This document shows positions 53,135-62,945 of a stretch of 64,000 nt of DNA, piece after piece. This DNA comes from an uncultured delta proteobacterium (GTDB lineage: Bacteria; Desulfobacterota; Binatia; UBA9968). Location of the stretch: NCBI GenBank assembly GCA_963745835.1, contig CAVUZH010000020.1, positions 137,040-201,039 on the forward strand, read 5' to 3'. The number at the start of each line of letters is the position of its first letter. Positions within the stretch are counted from its first letter, which is position 1. Position numbers and translations under genes: made by a program. The notes beneath the pieces are model-generated. The model saw only the letters and a program-made list of their open reading frames with translations. It had not been told where the DNA came from and made no database searches.

Positions 53135-54376
53135 CTACAAGGGCGGCTCTATCTGGCTTCCAACACTCTCGTTTTCGGGAATGATGGAATACGGCAGGAC
53201 AATGGCCCGATGGCCGCTTTCTTTTAACACGTCCTGGAGTATATCCTGCGCCTCCGAAAGCTCGGCATAAGGACCCAAGCGGACACGATAAGAAGTCTCG
53301 CCTTTGTCGCTTAGCGTTGTTTTTTCGACAAAAGCATCAAAGCCTTTTTCCGAGAATGCCTTCACCAGAGCTTCTGCTCTGTGCTGCTCGCGAAATGAAC
53401 CAACTTGCAGAATGTAACCGTCGCTCGAAGATTTGAGCGCGGCGTCTTCCTGCGGCATTACTGCTAATGCGGATAATTTTGCCGAGTCCGGATTGGCTCG
53501 CTGTGCACTCAGGGACTTCGCAGCTGGTGTCAACGTATTAAGGACGTGGTAATTATCGAATCCGTATTCTAGAAGGCGTTTCGTATCACCCCAAAGATCG
53601 CGCGAGCCGAGTAGCGACACTATCAGGGTTACGCCATTTCGCTCGACCGCACCGACATAGCATTTTTGAGCGGCAAAGGTATAGCCTGTTTTGCCGCCGA
53701 TTGCGCCATCGTAGTTCCACAAGAGCCGGTTGTGATTACGCACTGAGATCAGCCGCGTCCGCGTGCTTTTCTTTCCGGGCGACAGCGATCTCACCGAACT
53801 CATTTTCGTACGCATAATTTCTCGGAACGTTGGATTTTTCATCGCATATCTGAAAATTAACGCCAAATCACGAGCCGTCGAGTAATGATCCACCGCCGTC
53901 AATCCATGCGGATTACTAAAATGTGTATTGATTGCCCCAAGATCATGTGCCTTTTTCGTCATGATCTCGGCGAATCTTTCCACGGAACCCCCGATGCCCT
54001 CGGCCAATACGACACTGGCATCGTTAGCGGAGCCTAGCAGCACCCCATAAAGCAGATCTTCAATACTGACCGTTTGTCCCGGCTTGAGGTAAAGCTTGGA
54101 GGCAGGCACCCGGGTTGCAGCTTTGGAAACGGTTAGTCGTTCGTTGGATCCTTTCTGACTCTCAAGGGTCAGAATTGCAGTAAGTACTTTAGTCGTGCTG
54201 GCTGGTGGAAGCGGGGTGTCAGCATTTTTTTGATAAAGGATCTTGCCGGTTTTCGCATCCATCAGAAGTAGTGCGCGGGCGGATAAGTCGTCGTCTGGAG
54301 AAACTGCCCAGAGCAAAGAATTAGGCAGAAGCGCGGAGATAAACAGGAATCCCGCTATAATCAATCGTAAGTTCAA
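53135..54376 (-). CDS. D-Ala-D-Ala carboxypeptidase (S11) with SPOR domain
   Basis: ASTTK (SxxK), SAN, NPHGL, KTG; C-terminal LQVGSF...YRVRLGPY. Confidence 0.92.
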   Translation of the reverse strand: MNLRLIIAGFLFISALLPNSLLWAVSPDDDLSARALLLMDAKTGKILYQKNADTPLPPASTTKVLTAILTLESQKGSNERLTVSKAATRVPASKLYLKPGQTVSIEDLLYGVLLGSANDASVVLAEGIGGSVERFAEIMTKKAHDLGAINTHFSNPHGLTAVDHYSTARDLALIFRYAMKNPTFREIMRTKMSSVRSLSPGKKSTRTRLISVRNHNRLLWNYDGAIGGKTGYTFAAQKCYVGAVERNGVTLIVSLLGSRDLWGDTKRLLEYGFDNYHVLNTLTPAAKSLSAQRANPDSAKLSALAVMPQEDAALKSSSDGYILQVGSFREQHRAEALVKAFSEKGFDAFVEKTTLSDKGETSYRVRLGPYAELSEAQDILQDVLKESGHRAIVLPYSIIPENESVGSQIEPPL

Positions 54377-54635
54377 TGTTTTCAGCTTCTTGGCCTCTCT
54401 TTCGGGGCTTCTTCACTGAATGCGCTGGTCGCTCGGAAGCATCAAAATAGAACCAGTTTATATCATATCTCCCGATCTCAGGATAGCTTTTTGTCCTCGA
54501 ACCGTGTTCGCATCACGACTAGCTGCAATCGATTTGTCAGTCCGAGCCCAGGATCACACTTGGAGGCCAATAAGCAATCTCCTTTGCGCCGGAATCTCGT
54601 CGAAGATACTGATACTGCGTGGATCTAACTGAGAT

Positions 54636-55178
54636 CTACTTCAAAATCTTAATCTGGGAGGGATTTTCCAAGACCATTTCCAACCCATATTGCGGATGAT
54701 CCTTTATCTCTCCACGTAGCTCCACGTCCCTGCCATCAAACGCTTTTGGCGGCAGCTTCTGTTGCTCGAAAAGATCCACGGCCGACGCAAAGATGACCGC
54801 CGTCAGCGCGGACCGGGAAGGTCCGAAATTGAGAAAGTAAGTGTTGCTTTTGGCCGAATGGCCGACACGAAAAATTCGGCCGCGAATCCGCGCAGGCTTT
54901 CCGGCCAAAGCACGAATCTTTTCGACCTCGAGCGCCTGCAAAACAGCGGGTTCGACCGCTTGTTCATCAACCGGCAAATGCGTGAACTTGACGGCAAAGC
55001 TTGGAAGAGCCGGGGACGGGTGAAGCCGCACCACATCCAACGTCGTGGATTCGTCGACTTGCGCGATCGGAGGATTCCAACGTTGATAAAGAACTAGGGT
55101 GAAGACTCCCGCAAAAAACGCGACTATAAGTGAGATCGCGTGTGTCGGCGCGAAGTCTTTCAAGATTTTCTCTCCCAC
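54636..55178 (-). CDS. Membrane-anchored OB-fold protein
   Basis: N-terminal TM; GK..RIRGRI..V......YFLNFG.....TAVIF......GR.VELRGEI......EMVL.NPSQI. Confidence 0.65.
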   Translation of the reverse strand: MGEKILKDFAPTHAISLIVAFFAGVFTLVLYQRWNPPIAQVDESTTLDVVRLHPSPALPSFAVKFTHLPVDEQAVEPAVLQALEVEKIRALAGKPARIRGRIFRVGHSAKSNTYFLNFGPSRSALTAVIFASAVDLFEQQKLPPKAFDGRDVELRGEIKDHPQYGLEMVLENPSQIKILK

Positions 55179-55696
55179 AAACGCTCAAAAATTCGTCGGT
55201 ATTCCTCTGCTAGCGGCCCGGCATCACGAAAAAGTAAAAGATTTTCATCATTGGAGCTGTCGGCGGCTTGGGTCCAATTATAGGAGCCGGTAAACACGAC
55301 GCGCCGGTCGATGACGGCGAATTTCTGGTGCATGAGCCCAGCCTCTCGTGCCGCATTGGGCGGCTTGCTGCCTGAAAGACGCCGTACCGGAATTCTTTGC
55401 ACCTCTAAAAATTTACCTTTAGACTTGTCATTGCGCGAGTCAAACTCCCGATCAATGATGACCTGAACCATAAGACCCCGCTTCTTGGCTTGCACCAAAG
55501 CGCCGGCTAGTTCGTCGCTTGTGAACGCGTAGACGGCAACCAGAAGTTCTCTTCTAGCATTCTCAATTTCTCGTACAATATGGGTAGAGCACTTACCTTG
55601 GGGACTAAAACAAGCTTCCACAGCCATATCGGCCCTGGCGAAGGCAATGAGCGTAAAGAAAATTGCGCCTGCAATCAGGAATGGCAATGGCTTCAT
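55160..55696 (-). CDS. Exported single-HKD phospholipase D-family nuclease (Nuc-like)
   Basis: Signal peptide, FSP, VAVYAFTS, MHQKFAVID, TGSYNWT, NDEN. Confidence 0.88.
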   Translation of the reverse strand: MKPLPFLIAGAIFFTLIAFARADMAVEACFSPQGKCSTHIVREIENARRELLVAVYAFTSDELAGALVQAKKRGLMVQVIIDREFDSRNDKSKGKFLEVQRIPVRRLSGSKPPNAAREAGLMHQKFAVIDRRVVFTGSYNWTQAADSSNDENLLLFRDAGPLAEEYRRIFERLWERKS

Positions 55697-57060
55697 ATTG
55701 CCGCGATCCGGTCGCCGTAGCTTGGGACCGTCCGCCCTCCCAAGCACATCTGCAAAATAAGCCGCTCCATGACTAATTGCGGGTTCGCCCCGCTTGACTT
55801 TAAGAGCAGATCCGCATCGTGAATACCGCGCATGTGTGAAAGCAACTCGGGTAACGAGAATGTTTCAGCTCGCTGAAAACAAAGATAATCCGCGTACGGG
55901 TTGCGCGTCAGTAATGTCGTCCTATGGTCGATGATCGCTTGCTCAAATTGCTTGTAGGTCATACCGCGCTTCCACCGGCCGCGCAAATCACTTTCGAGTA
56001 TTTGCCGCGCAGATATAAGCTTCCGCACTTCAGCCGCGATGACGCTCAGTAATCTCAGTGGGTGATCACCTCCCGCGATCAGACGAACTAGCTGGCAGAG
56101 AGCCGCTGTAGCGTCACGCGCGGCAATAAACCGGGTGAGATCGAAAATCCAACCTTCGATTTGGTCCGTGAAAATCGTCTCAACATCATCAGCGCGGATC
56201 ACCGCGTGTTCACCGACGTAGAGCACCAACTTATTCAGCTCTTGTTGAAGCGTGCGTAGATCATCCCCGGCGCGGAACAAGATCAATTCGCGGGCTTTCG
56301 GGTCAACCCCCTTATTAGAGAGACTCAACTGCCGGTCAATAAATTCCCGCAGCTTGTCTCGGCTGATCTTGCCAAACCGATCACGCTCGAGACCAAGAAA
56401 AAATATCGCGCCGTTTTCTTCGAATTGCTTGTAGAGTCGAGTTCGCCGGTCCACTTGCGCTGCACTGAGGAGCAGAAAATCCCAGGACGGCAAACCTCCG
56501 TTCAATAGTTTCCGAATTGCGTTTTCTTCGGATTCACGGCCTTCTTTAAGCTCAAGTCCTCTGCTCTTACAGTATGCGACCAGCGCGTCGGCCGCTTCCC
56601 TACCGTCATGATCTTGTGCCTGTAACAACTCAAATACTGCTGCATCCCGGGACGGTTCGAGCTGTTCCCATTGTTTTTGGCTCCAACCCTCGACCGCTAG
56701 TAAATTGAATAAAAGCTTACCTGCATCATCTTTTTTGTCCTCACTCCATAGCTGCAATATTTTCTGCCCGAGTTCGCTTTTATTCTCACGCGAAAGAAAG
56801 TAGGGCGCATTTTCGACCCAGACAAGCTTTTTTCCGGGCAAGAACGGGGGAGTCAAAAGCGACAATTCAATCTGATCCCATGTCGCTGAGCGGCCGTCGA
56901 ACCGCTCAAGATTAAATTCTCTCTGGTCAGGGGGTACGACCATATCGATCAGCGCCTTGCAGCCCGATTGTACCTGCAGATCATCGCCGAATAGAAGCAC
57001 CAAGGCCGGTCCACTACCATTTCCAACATCATTTAGAAAATTTTCAAAATTTCGTTTCAT
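55693..57060 (-). CDS. holA: DNA polymerase III subunit delta
   Basis: LLFGDD, FN..RFDG, PPFLPGKKLVWV, QELNKL.LY, IFDL, D..LKSSG.NP.L.MERLI. Confidence 0.85.
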   Translation of the reverse strand: MKRNFENFLNDVGNGSGPALVLLFGDDLQVQSGCKALIDMVVPPDQREFNLERFDGRSATWDQIELSLLTPPFLPGKKLVWVENAPYFLSRENKSELGQKILQLWSEDKKDDAGKLLFNLLAVEGWSQKQWEQLEPSRDAAVFELLQAQDHDGREAADALVAYCKSRGLELKEGRESEENAIRKLLNGGLPSWDFLLLSAAQVDRRTRLYKQFEENGAIFFLGLERDRFGKISRDKLREFIDRQLSLSNKGVDPKARELILFRAGDDLRTLQQELNKLVLYVGEHAVIRADDVETIFTDQIEGWIFDLTRFIAARDATAALCQLVRLIAGGDHPLRLLSVIAAEVRKLISARQILESDLRGRWKRGMTYKQFEQAIIDHRTTLLTRNPYADYLCFQRAETFSLPELLSHMRGIHDADLLLKSSGANPQLVMERLILQMCLGGRTVPSYGDRIAAI

Positions 57061-57162
57061 GCTGTAGCTAGGGTTTGCTGAAAAGGGTTGAGCTCTTTTG
57101 CTTGGCGCTACTCGAGATGATAATTATGACCTCACCAAACCACGTACCTCCCAGCATTCCGG

Positions 57163-57390
57163 TCAATGTTTGGGAACCCACATCTGGTTTTTCTCACTCC
57201 AGGCATAATCTGACTTCCAAACTTTGAGTCCCATGGTGTATTTACCGCCAGATTTTGAAACGAAAATCCTCTCGTTCGAATGAGGAATCTCAACCCGGGC
57301 GATAATGAGAACCTTCTTTGAGATTCCCTTGTTGATCAAAATGCGGTCACCGACGCGCATCGTTGGCCGATTATCTTTGCGAGCTTTCAT
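57163..57390 (-). CDS. Small basic hypothetical protein
   Basis: 75-aa Lys-rich, beta-rich ORF (MRVGDRILI...) upstream of holA. Confidence 0.45.
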   Translation of the reverse strand: MKARKDNRPTMRVGDRILINKGISKKVLIIARVEIPHSNERIFVSKSGGKYTMGLKVWKSDYAWSEKNQMWVPKH

Positions 57391-57568
57391 GAGCGAAAAA
57401 TATCATTGCCGGAGTGCTCAGGCAAATTTCTCTGGCCTGAATGCACCTATGATGATCTAGAGCAGAGAGCCGGTCAAACTATGCAGCTGATGTTCAGGAG
57501 CGCCTACGTATGACGTTAAAATCTGTAAGGCTCTCAAAGCTAGAGTCTTATTAGGAGCGACCCTTGCC

Positions 57569-57597
57569 TTGACAATCTCCAGCCCCTCTCCTATAGC
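57569..57597 (+). promoter_or_regulatory. Putative sigma70 promoter
   Basis: TTGACA-N17-TATAGC. Confidence 0.55.
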
Positions 57598-57756
57598 TGG
57601 TTCGATTTAGTTTCGCCATGGAATTTAGGACGAGCCATAGCAATTCTCAATATTCCAATAGGTCACGGCGGAAATCTGTAGCGCACAGTCCCATGCTGGC
57701 GCAGAGCGGAGGTTCTGCCTGTACTTGGGTGTCTCGACTTGGCTGTCACGTACAGT

Positions 57757-57786
57757 CTAGGTGAATAAAAACTAGGTGAATAAAAA
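57757..57786. repeat. Perfect 15-bp tandem repeat (CTAGGTGAATAAAAA x2)
   Basis: Read directly from the sequence. Confidence 0.9.
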
Positions 57787-58047
57787 TTGCCAGAGTTCTT
57801 GGGCGAATGCGTCAAATTGTTTGGATTTACCATCACCTAAAGTGGCATGCCCTAGCATATTCAATCAGCAACTTTGGCTCTGAGCATAACCTGATGAAGA
57901 GCGAGTTCTCATGCGCTATGCGCCGCGCCTGTAGAATCCGTGCAGAAACGAAGATCGAATTCGCCGAGAATGGAACCGGCGGAATCCTTGCAAGCTTCTC
58001 AGCCTAACAACTAAAGACGTTCCACATCGATTTCTTCGGAGGCAATT

Positions 58048-58992
58048 ATGCGCTTTGTAACTTTTACGCGAAAGAATGAACAACGCCTCGGACTGATGGG
58101 GCCACAAGATCAAATCATCGATCTGGCGGAGATCAATCGCCGCTTTTTGAAAAACGGCAATGCCTCCTACCTTGCGAGCATGCAAGCCTTCATCGAAGGC
58201 GGTTCTAAAGCAATTCAGGTTGCACGTCAGGCCGACAAATTTGTCGCCGCTAAAAACATCGCGGACCAAAAGAAACTCGCTGCTGTGGGGGCGTTAGTAC
58301 GGCCCAATCAGGGTAAAATTATTGCACCCGTTCCAGTGCCAAAGAAGAATGTAGTCATGCTCGGCATCAATTACCGGGAACATGTTGACGAAGGCGCCAG
58401 AGCGCGCTCGCTTGACATTAAATATCCGGATTACCCGGTATTTTTCACTAAGCCATCGACTAGTGTCATCGGACAGTTCGGCAAAGTCATCAATCATAAA
58501 GTCACTGAAAAACTAGATTGGGAGGTCGAATTGGCCGTGGTTATCGGCAGGCGAGGCCGTGATATTCCTAAAGAGAAAGCTTACGACTACGTTTTCGGTT
58601 ACACTGTATGTCTGGATATGACCGCGCGTGAACTACAACGTCAGCATGGGCAGTGGTTCAAGGGAAAATCGTTGGATACTTTTTGCCCTATGGGACCTTG
58701 GATCGTTCACAAGAGCGCCCTTAAAGACCCGCAGCAAGTGCAGCTTATCTGTCGTGTCAACGGTGAAGTGATGCAAGACGGCAACACACGAGACATGATC
58801 TTTGATATAGCCACGACCATAGAATCACTATCGCAGGGGTTAACCCTTGAGCCGGGAGACATGATCAGCACGGGGACGCCTTCGGGTGTCGGATTTGCCC
58901 GGGTTCCGCCGGTGTACTTAAAGCCGGGAGATAAGGTGGAGGGGGAGGTGGAAGGGATCGGAGTTCTACAAGTCGAGATCGTTGCGCCTTAA
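58048..58992 (+). CDS. Fumarylacetoacetate hydrolase family protein
   Basis: GINYREH, PVFFTKP, DWEVELAVVIG, DMTARELQ, WFKGKSLDTFCPMGP, TGTPSGVG. Confidence 0.93.
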   Translation: MRFVTFTRKNEQRLGLMGPQDQIIDLAEINRRFLKNGNASYLASMQAFIEGGSKAIQVARQADKFVAAKNIADQKKLAAVGALVRPNQGKIIAPVPVPKKNVVMLGINYREHVDEGARARSLDIKYPDYPVFFTKPSTSVIGQFGKVINHKVTEKLDWEVELAVVIGRRGRDIPKEKAYDYVFGYTVCLDMTARELQRQHGQWFKGKSLDTFCPMGPWIVHKSALKDPQQVQLICRVNGEVMQDGNTRDMIFDIATTIESLSQGLTLEPGDMISTGTPSGVGFARVPPVYLKPGDKVEGEVEGIGVLQVEIVAP

Positions 58993-59153
58993 TAGCGCCC
59001 ACCGGCTTGTTTACGTGGAGGATAACAGCTCCGTCGCCTTTCATTGAGTAGTCACGGACGAGCGGTGAAGGGCTTAAAACGTAATTATACGAACCTCCGA
59101 TTTTCTGGAACGGAGTTGACTAGGTTTTCATGCTCTGTTAATTGTGCAATCAA

Positions 59154-59243
59154 GCTAGGGGTGTCTGCTTAAGTCGGACTGAGAGCCTGCCACCCGCAGG
59201 TAACCCTTCGAACCTGATCCGGTTTGCGCCGGCGTAGGGAAGC
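59154..59243 (+). ncRNA. TPP riboswitch
   Basis: GGGGTG...CTGAGA...ACCCTTCGAACCTGATCCGG...GCCGGCGTAGGGAAGC upstream of thiS. Confidence 0.92.
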
Positions 59244-59296
59244 GTGAAAGTCATGGCCCCGTTTTGATTCTGTTAGGCAAGCGGGACAAGCTTGAG

Positions 59297-59347
59297 ACCG
59301 TATTCCCAACCACCGTTCCGGTGGTCAAAGTGAATACGGTTTTTTTT
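59297..59347 (+). terminator. Riboswitch-associated intrinsic terminator-like hairpin
   Basis: ACCGTATTC/GAATACGGT stem enclosing ACCACCG/CGGTGGT, followed by an 8-T run. Confidence 0.65.
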
Positions 59348-59548
59348 ATGAAGATCCATATTAACGGAGAAGAGAAAAAAATCGCCGAGGGGCTCAACAT
59401 AGCGGGACTACTGGACCAATTAGAAATTCGGCCGGGTCGGGTTGTGGTAGAGCTTAATCGCGCAATCATTTCGCGTGAGACGCAGGAATCGACCTCGTTG
59501 AAAGAGGGAGATGTCCTCGAGATTGTCCACTTTGTGGGTGGAGGCTAA
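59348..59548 (+). CDS. thiS: Sulfur carrier ThiS
   Basis: MKIHING...VVVELN...[16 protein letters not shown] with C-terminal GG. Confidence 0.95.
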   Translation: MKIHINGEEKKIAEGLNIAGLLDQLEIRPGRVVVELNRAIISRETQESTSLKEGDVLEIVHFVGGG

Positions 59549-59552
59549 AGCT

Positions 59553-60326
59553 ATGCAAGATGTATTTAAGTTGGGCGAAAAATTCTATCAGTCACGGTTG
59601 ATCGTCGGAACGGGGAAATACAAGAACTTTGAAGAGACCAGGAACGCAATCGAAGTCTCTGGAGCTGAAATTGTCACGGTTGCAGTACGACGGGTAAACA
59701 TCACGGATCCTCACAAGGAAAATCTGCTCGACTATCTCAATCCAAACAAATACACGATTCTCCCGAACACCGCTGGCTGTTACACTGCTGACGACGCCGT
59801 TCGTACGTGCCGATTAGCGCGAGAAGCAGGTGTTGGCAATATGGTAAAATTGGAAGTAATCGGTGATGATAGAACCCTCTTTCCAGACGTGCCTGCTACT
59901 CTGGAAGCCGCCAAGGTTCTGGTAAAAGAAGGATTCATCGTGCTTCCGTATATAACCGACGATCCAATCACCGCTCAGAAACTTCAAGACATAGGTTGTG
60001 CCGCAGTCATGCCGCTGGCTGCGCCCATTGGCTCCGGATTAGGCATCCGCAACCCTTACAATATTCGGATCATTCTCGAACAAGCGACCGTTCCAGTTAT
60101 CGTTGACGCAGGCGTCGGAACTGCTTCGGACGCGGCGATCGCCATGGAATTGGGATGTCATGGAGTCTTGATGAACACAGCCATTGCTAGCGCCCGAGAT
60201 CCGATCCTTATGGCAGAGGCGATGCGCCTCGGTGTCGAGGCCGGTCGCAAAGCTTTTCTGGCTGGCCGTATCGGCAAAAAACTCTACGCCACCGCTTCCA
60301 GCCCTCTCGAGGGCATTTTGGCTTGA
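59553..60326 (+). CDS. thiG: Thiazole synthase
   Basis: [52 protein letters not shown]. Confidence 0.97.
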   Translation: MQDVFKLGEKFYQSRLIVGTGKYKNFEETRNAIEVSGAEIVTVAVRRVNITDPHKENLLDYLNPNKYTILPNTAGCYTADDAVRTCRLAREAGVGNMVKLEVIGDDRTLFPDVPATLEAAKVLVKEGFIVLPYITDDPITAQKLQDIGCAAVMPLAAPIGSGLGIRNPYNIRIILEQATVPVIVDAGVGTASDAAIAMELGCHGVLMNTAIASARDPILMAEAMRLGVEAGRKAFLAGRIGKKLYATASSPLEGILA

Positions 60327-60336
60327 GGCACCGCAA

Positions 60337-60966
60337 GTGCCAAAGCCCGATTTCAAGTTGTATCTGATCACCGATCGAACTCAGACCAAAGGACGGGACT
60401 TACTCTGGCTATTAGAGCAAGCTCTCGATGCCGGCGTTAAAGCGATCCAGCTAAGGGAAAAAGATCTCGCTGGCCGGGATCTGTTCTTATTGGCCGAGAA
60501 AGCCAGCAAACTTTGTCAAAATTACGGTTCCTCATTGTTTGTCAATGAACGTATCGACATTGCCTTGGCCGTGAACGCCGCGGGAGTACAGTTAGGAAAA
60601 GCCTCAGTGCCCATCGCCCTCGCGCGACAACTGTTCGGAGCGCAAAAAATGATTGGAGCGTCGACGCATTCTCTTGATGAAGCGTTAGAAGCGCAACAGC
60701 AAGGCGCGGACTTCCTATTATTTGGACCGGTTTATTTTACCCCGTCCAAAGCCACCTATGGCGCGCCGCAAGGTGTAAACAAACTAAAAGAAATCGTGGA
60801 GAAAATCTCACTGCCGGTTTATGCTATCGGTGGTATCAAGATGGAAAATATTCTCGATCTCAGATCGATCGGTGTTTCTGGGGTAGCGCTCATTTCTGCA
60901 ATCATGAGTTCCGATGCTCCCAAAAAAGCAACAAGCGACCTTTTGCGAATGATTGGGAGCGCGTGA
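60337..60966 (+). CDS. thiE: Thiamine-phosphate synthase
   Basis: LYLITD, IQLREK, VNERIDIA, GASTHS, FGPVYFTPSK, YAIGGI. Confidence 0.93.
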   Translation: MPKPDFKLYLITDRTQTKGRDLLWLLEQALDAGVKAIQLREKDLAGRDLFLLAEKASKLCQNYGSSLFVNERIDIALAVNAAGVQLGKASVPIALARQLFGAQKMIGASTHSLDEALEAQQQGADFLLFGPVYFTPSKATYGAPQGVNKLKEIVEKISLPVYAIGGIKMENILDLRSIGVSGVALISAIMSSDAPKKATSDLLRMIGSA

Positions 60967-61268
60967 AAGAGACTGCGCAGCAAGTCTTGGATTATCTCGC
61001 AGGATCGCTGCTGGTTACCTTGGCCGTGGCATTCGTCGCCGGCTGGGCTGCCAGCAAGACGGTCGCAAGCGAGTGGCGTTCAGGGGTTATCGTATGGCTG
61101 TTCGTAGGTGTGGCCGGTTTATTCCTCAGCCAGTTCATATTGCTTTTTTCTGGTCTGCAGGATTATATTGAGGGCATCTCTGAATTCCGACTCTTGTTTG
61201 ATCTAATCGCCGCTTACGTTGCATCATTTTTTATCGCGGCTTTGATTCACTTCGTAAGACCCCTCTAG
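60963..61268 (+). CDS. Small three-TM membrane protein
   Basis: Hydrophobic 101-aa ORF overlapping the thiE stop (GTGA). Confidence 0.65.
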   Translation: MKETAQQVLDYLAGSLLVTLAVAFVAGWAASKTVASEWRSGVIVWLFVGVAGLFLSQFILLFSGLQDYIEGISEFRLLFDLIAAYVASFFIAALIHFVRPL

Positions 61269-61344
<76 letters not shown>

Positions 61345-61515
61345 ATACCCAAGTCGGCCGCGGAAATCCCGGCGCCTTGATTAGCACTGGAGCTTTCCGC
61401 GGCTTTTCTCACCTTCTATGATGCACGTGTGGGCGGCCGCGGATTTCGGCCGCTATTGACGAAAAGTCGGTGGAGCAATAAAACAAATCGACCTTGATGG
61501 AGTACTGCTCTGTCT

Positions 61516-62945
61516 ATGAAGAGTCACGACAACCTGCTCGGGTCTCCTGCAGCCGAGAGTGACAGCATCATCCTCTGCTCCACCAGCCAAGGTTACAACG
61601 TCAGAGCCACCCCGCTTCGAATAACACGCGATGTGGTGGTTTTCGAAGTGTACAATCCCTACAGCATTCTTCAGCTCTCCGAGGTTTTAACAGCGTTTAA
61701 AATAATCGTTAACGATCAGTCGATTTATTCCGGTCGTGCAACGGTGAGTAATCTGGTTAACACAGGGATTATGCTCGTCTGTGAAGCCAGCCTCGAAGAT
61801 GGCTGGTCGGACATCGACCTTCTCAGCCTGGTATCTCAGCCAACCAAATTGCGCGCGGATTTCAGAAGCTTTCTCCGACAATGCGAGAGGATTCATAGCA
61901 TTCAACCCCAATACAAAGTGGTTGTCGCAGATATGCAGAACTATTTCACAGAGCTCAAGCGTTGGCTCGAGCACGTTGAATTAGGTATCCGCTCCTTGCC
62001 GTCCGGCGACCGTTCGAAAACGGAATCTTCGGTGATTGATGAATTAGCTCCTAACCTTTTGCCATCCATCGACTCACTATTCGGGCGTTTTGAAGAAACA
62101 GCCGCCGACGTGCCGGTACAACTTCTACCAAGCCATAGAAACTATGCTAAGCGGCAGCTTCACCCCCATCTACTATGCTCCCCCTTCGCCTACCGAACCT
62201 ACCACAAGCCGTTAGGCTATGCGGGTGATTATGAGATGGTGAACATGATCCTGAGAGATCCGAATGAGGGAAGCACTCTGTTTTCCAAGATCATAAACGC
62301 CTGGTTCCTGAGCCAAAGTCCGGCGGGAGCACACCGGAATCGCATCAGTTATCTAACGCGGCTTTTGGTAGGTGAAACTTCGCGGGTGCGACGTAACAAT
62401 AAGGTGGCGAAAATCTTCAACCTTGGATGTGGGCCAGCTAGCGAGATCCAGAATTTCCTCATTCAGGATGAAGTATGCAATGACGCCGCGTTCGTCTTAC
62501 TGGATTTTAATGAAGAAACCGTTCAACACACGGGCAGGGTTCTTGAAAATCTTAAGACTAAATACAACCGTAAAACCAGCATTGAGGTTATAAAAAAATC
62601 CGTTCACCACGTTCTCAAGCAAGTGCATCGTCCGACGCCGGGCTATGACATGGTGTATTGCGCTGGAATCTTTGACTATCTCTCGGATCGGATATGCAAG
62701 CAGCTAATGAACATTTTTTACGAGCTGCTTGAACCTGGAGGACTGCTCGTTGCCACCAATGTGGAATCTTCTAATCCGTCACGAAACGGCATGGAGTATT
62801 TACTGGAATGGCATCTGATCTATCGCACTCCGCTTCAACTCCAAGGCTTAATCCCGGATCGGCTCCTCCCCGAAGTTTCACTCTTAAAACCGATGACACT
62901 GGTATCAATGTATTCCTCAAGGTAAGAAAGCCCGATGACGCCTGA
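61516..62945 (+). CDS. PhcB-like SAM-dependent methyltransferase (fatty-acid methyl ester signal synthase family); C-terminus probably frameshifted near 62861
   Basis: N-terminal SQG...FEVYNPYSILQLSEVL, KPLGYAGDYEMVNMI, AHRNRI, SAM motif NLGCGPA, YCAGIFDYL. The alternative frame gives a tail ending DDTGINVFLKVRKP. Confidence 0.75.
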
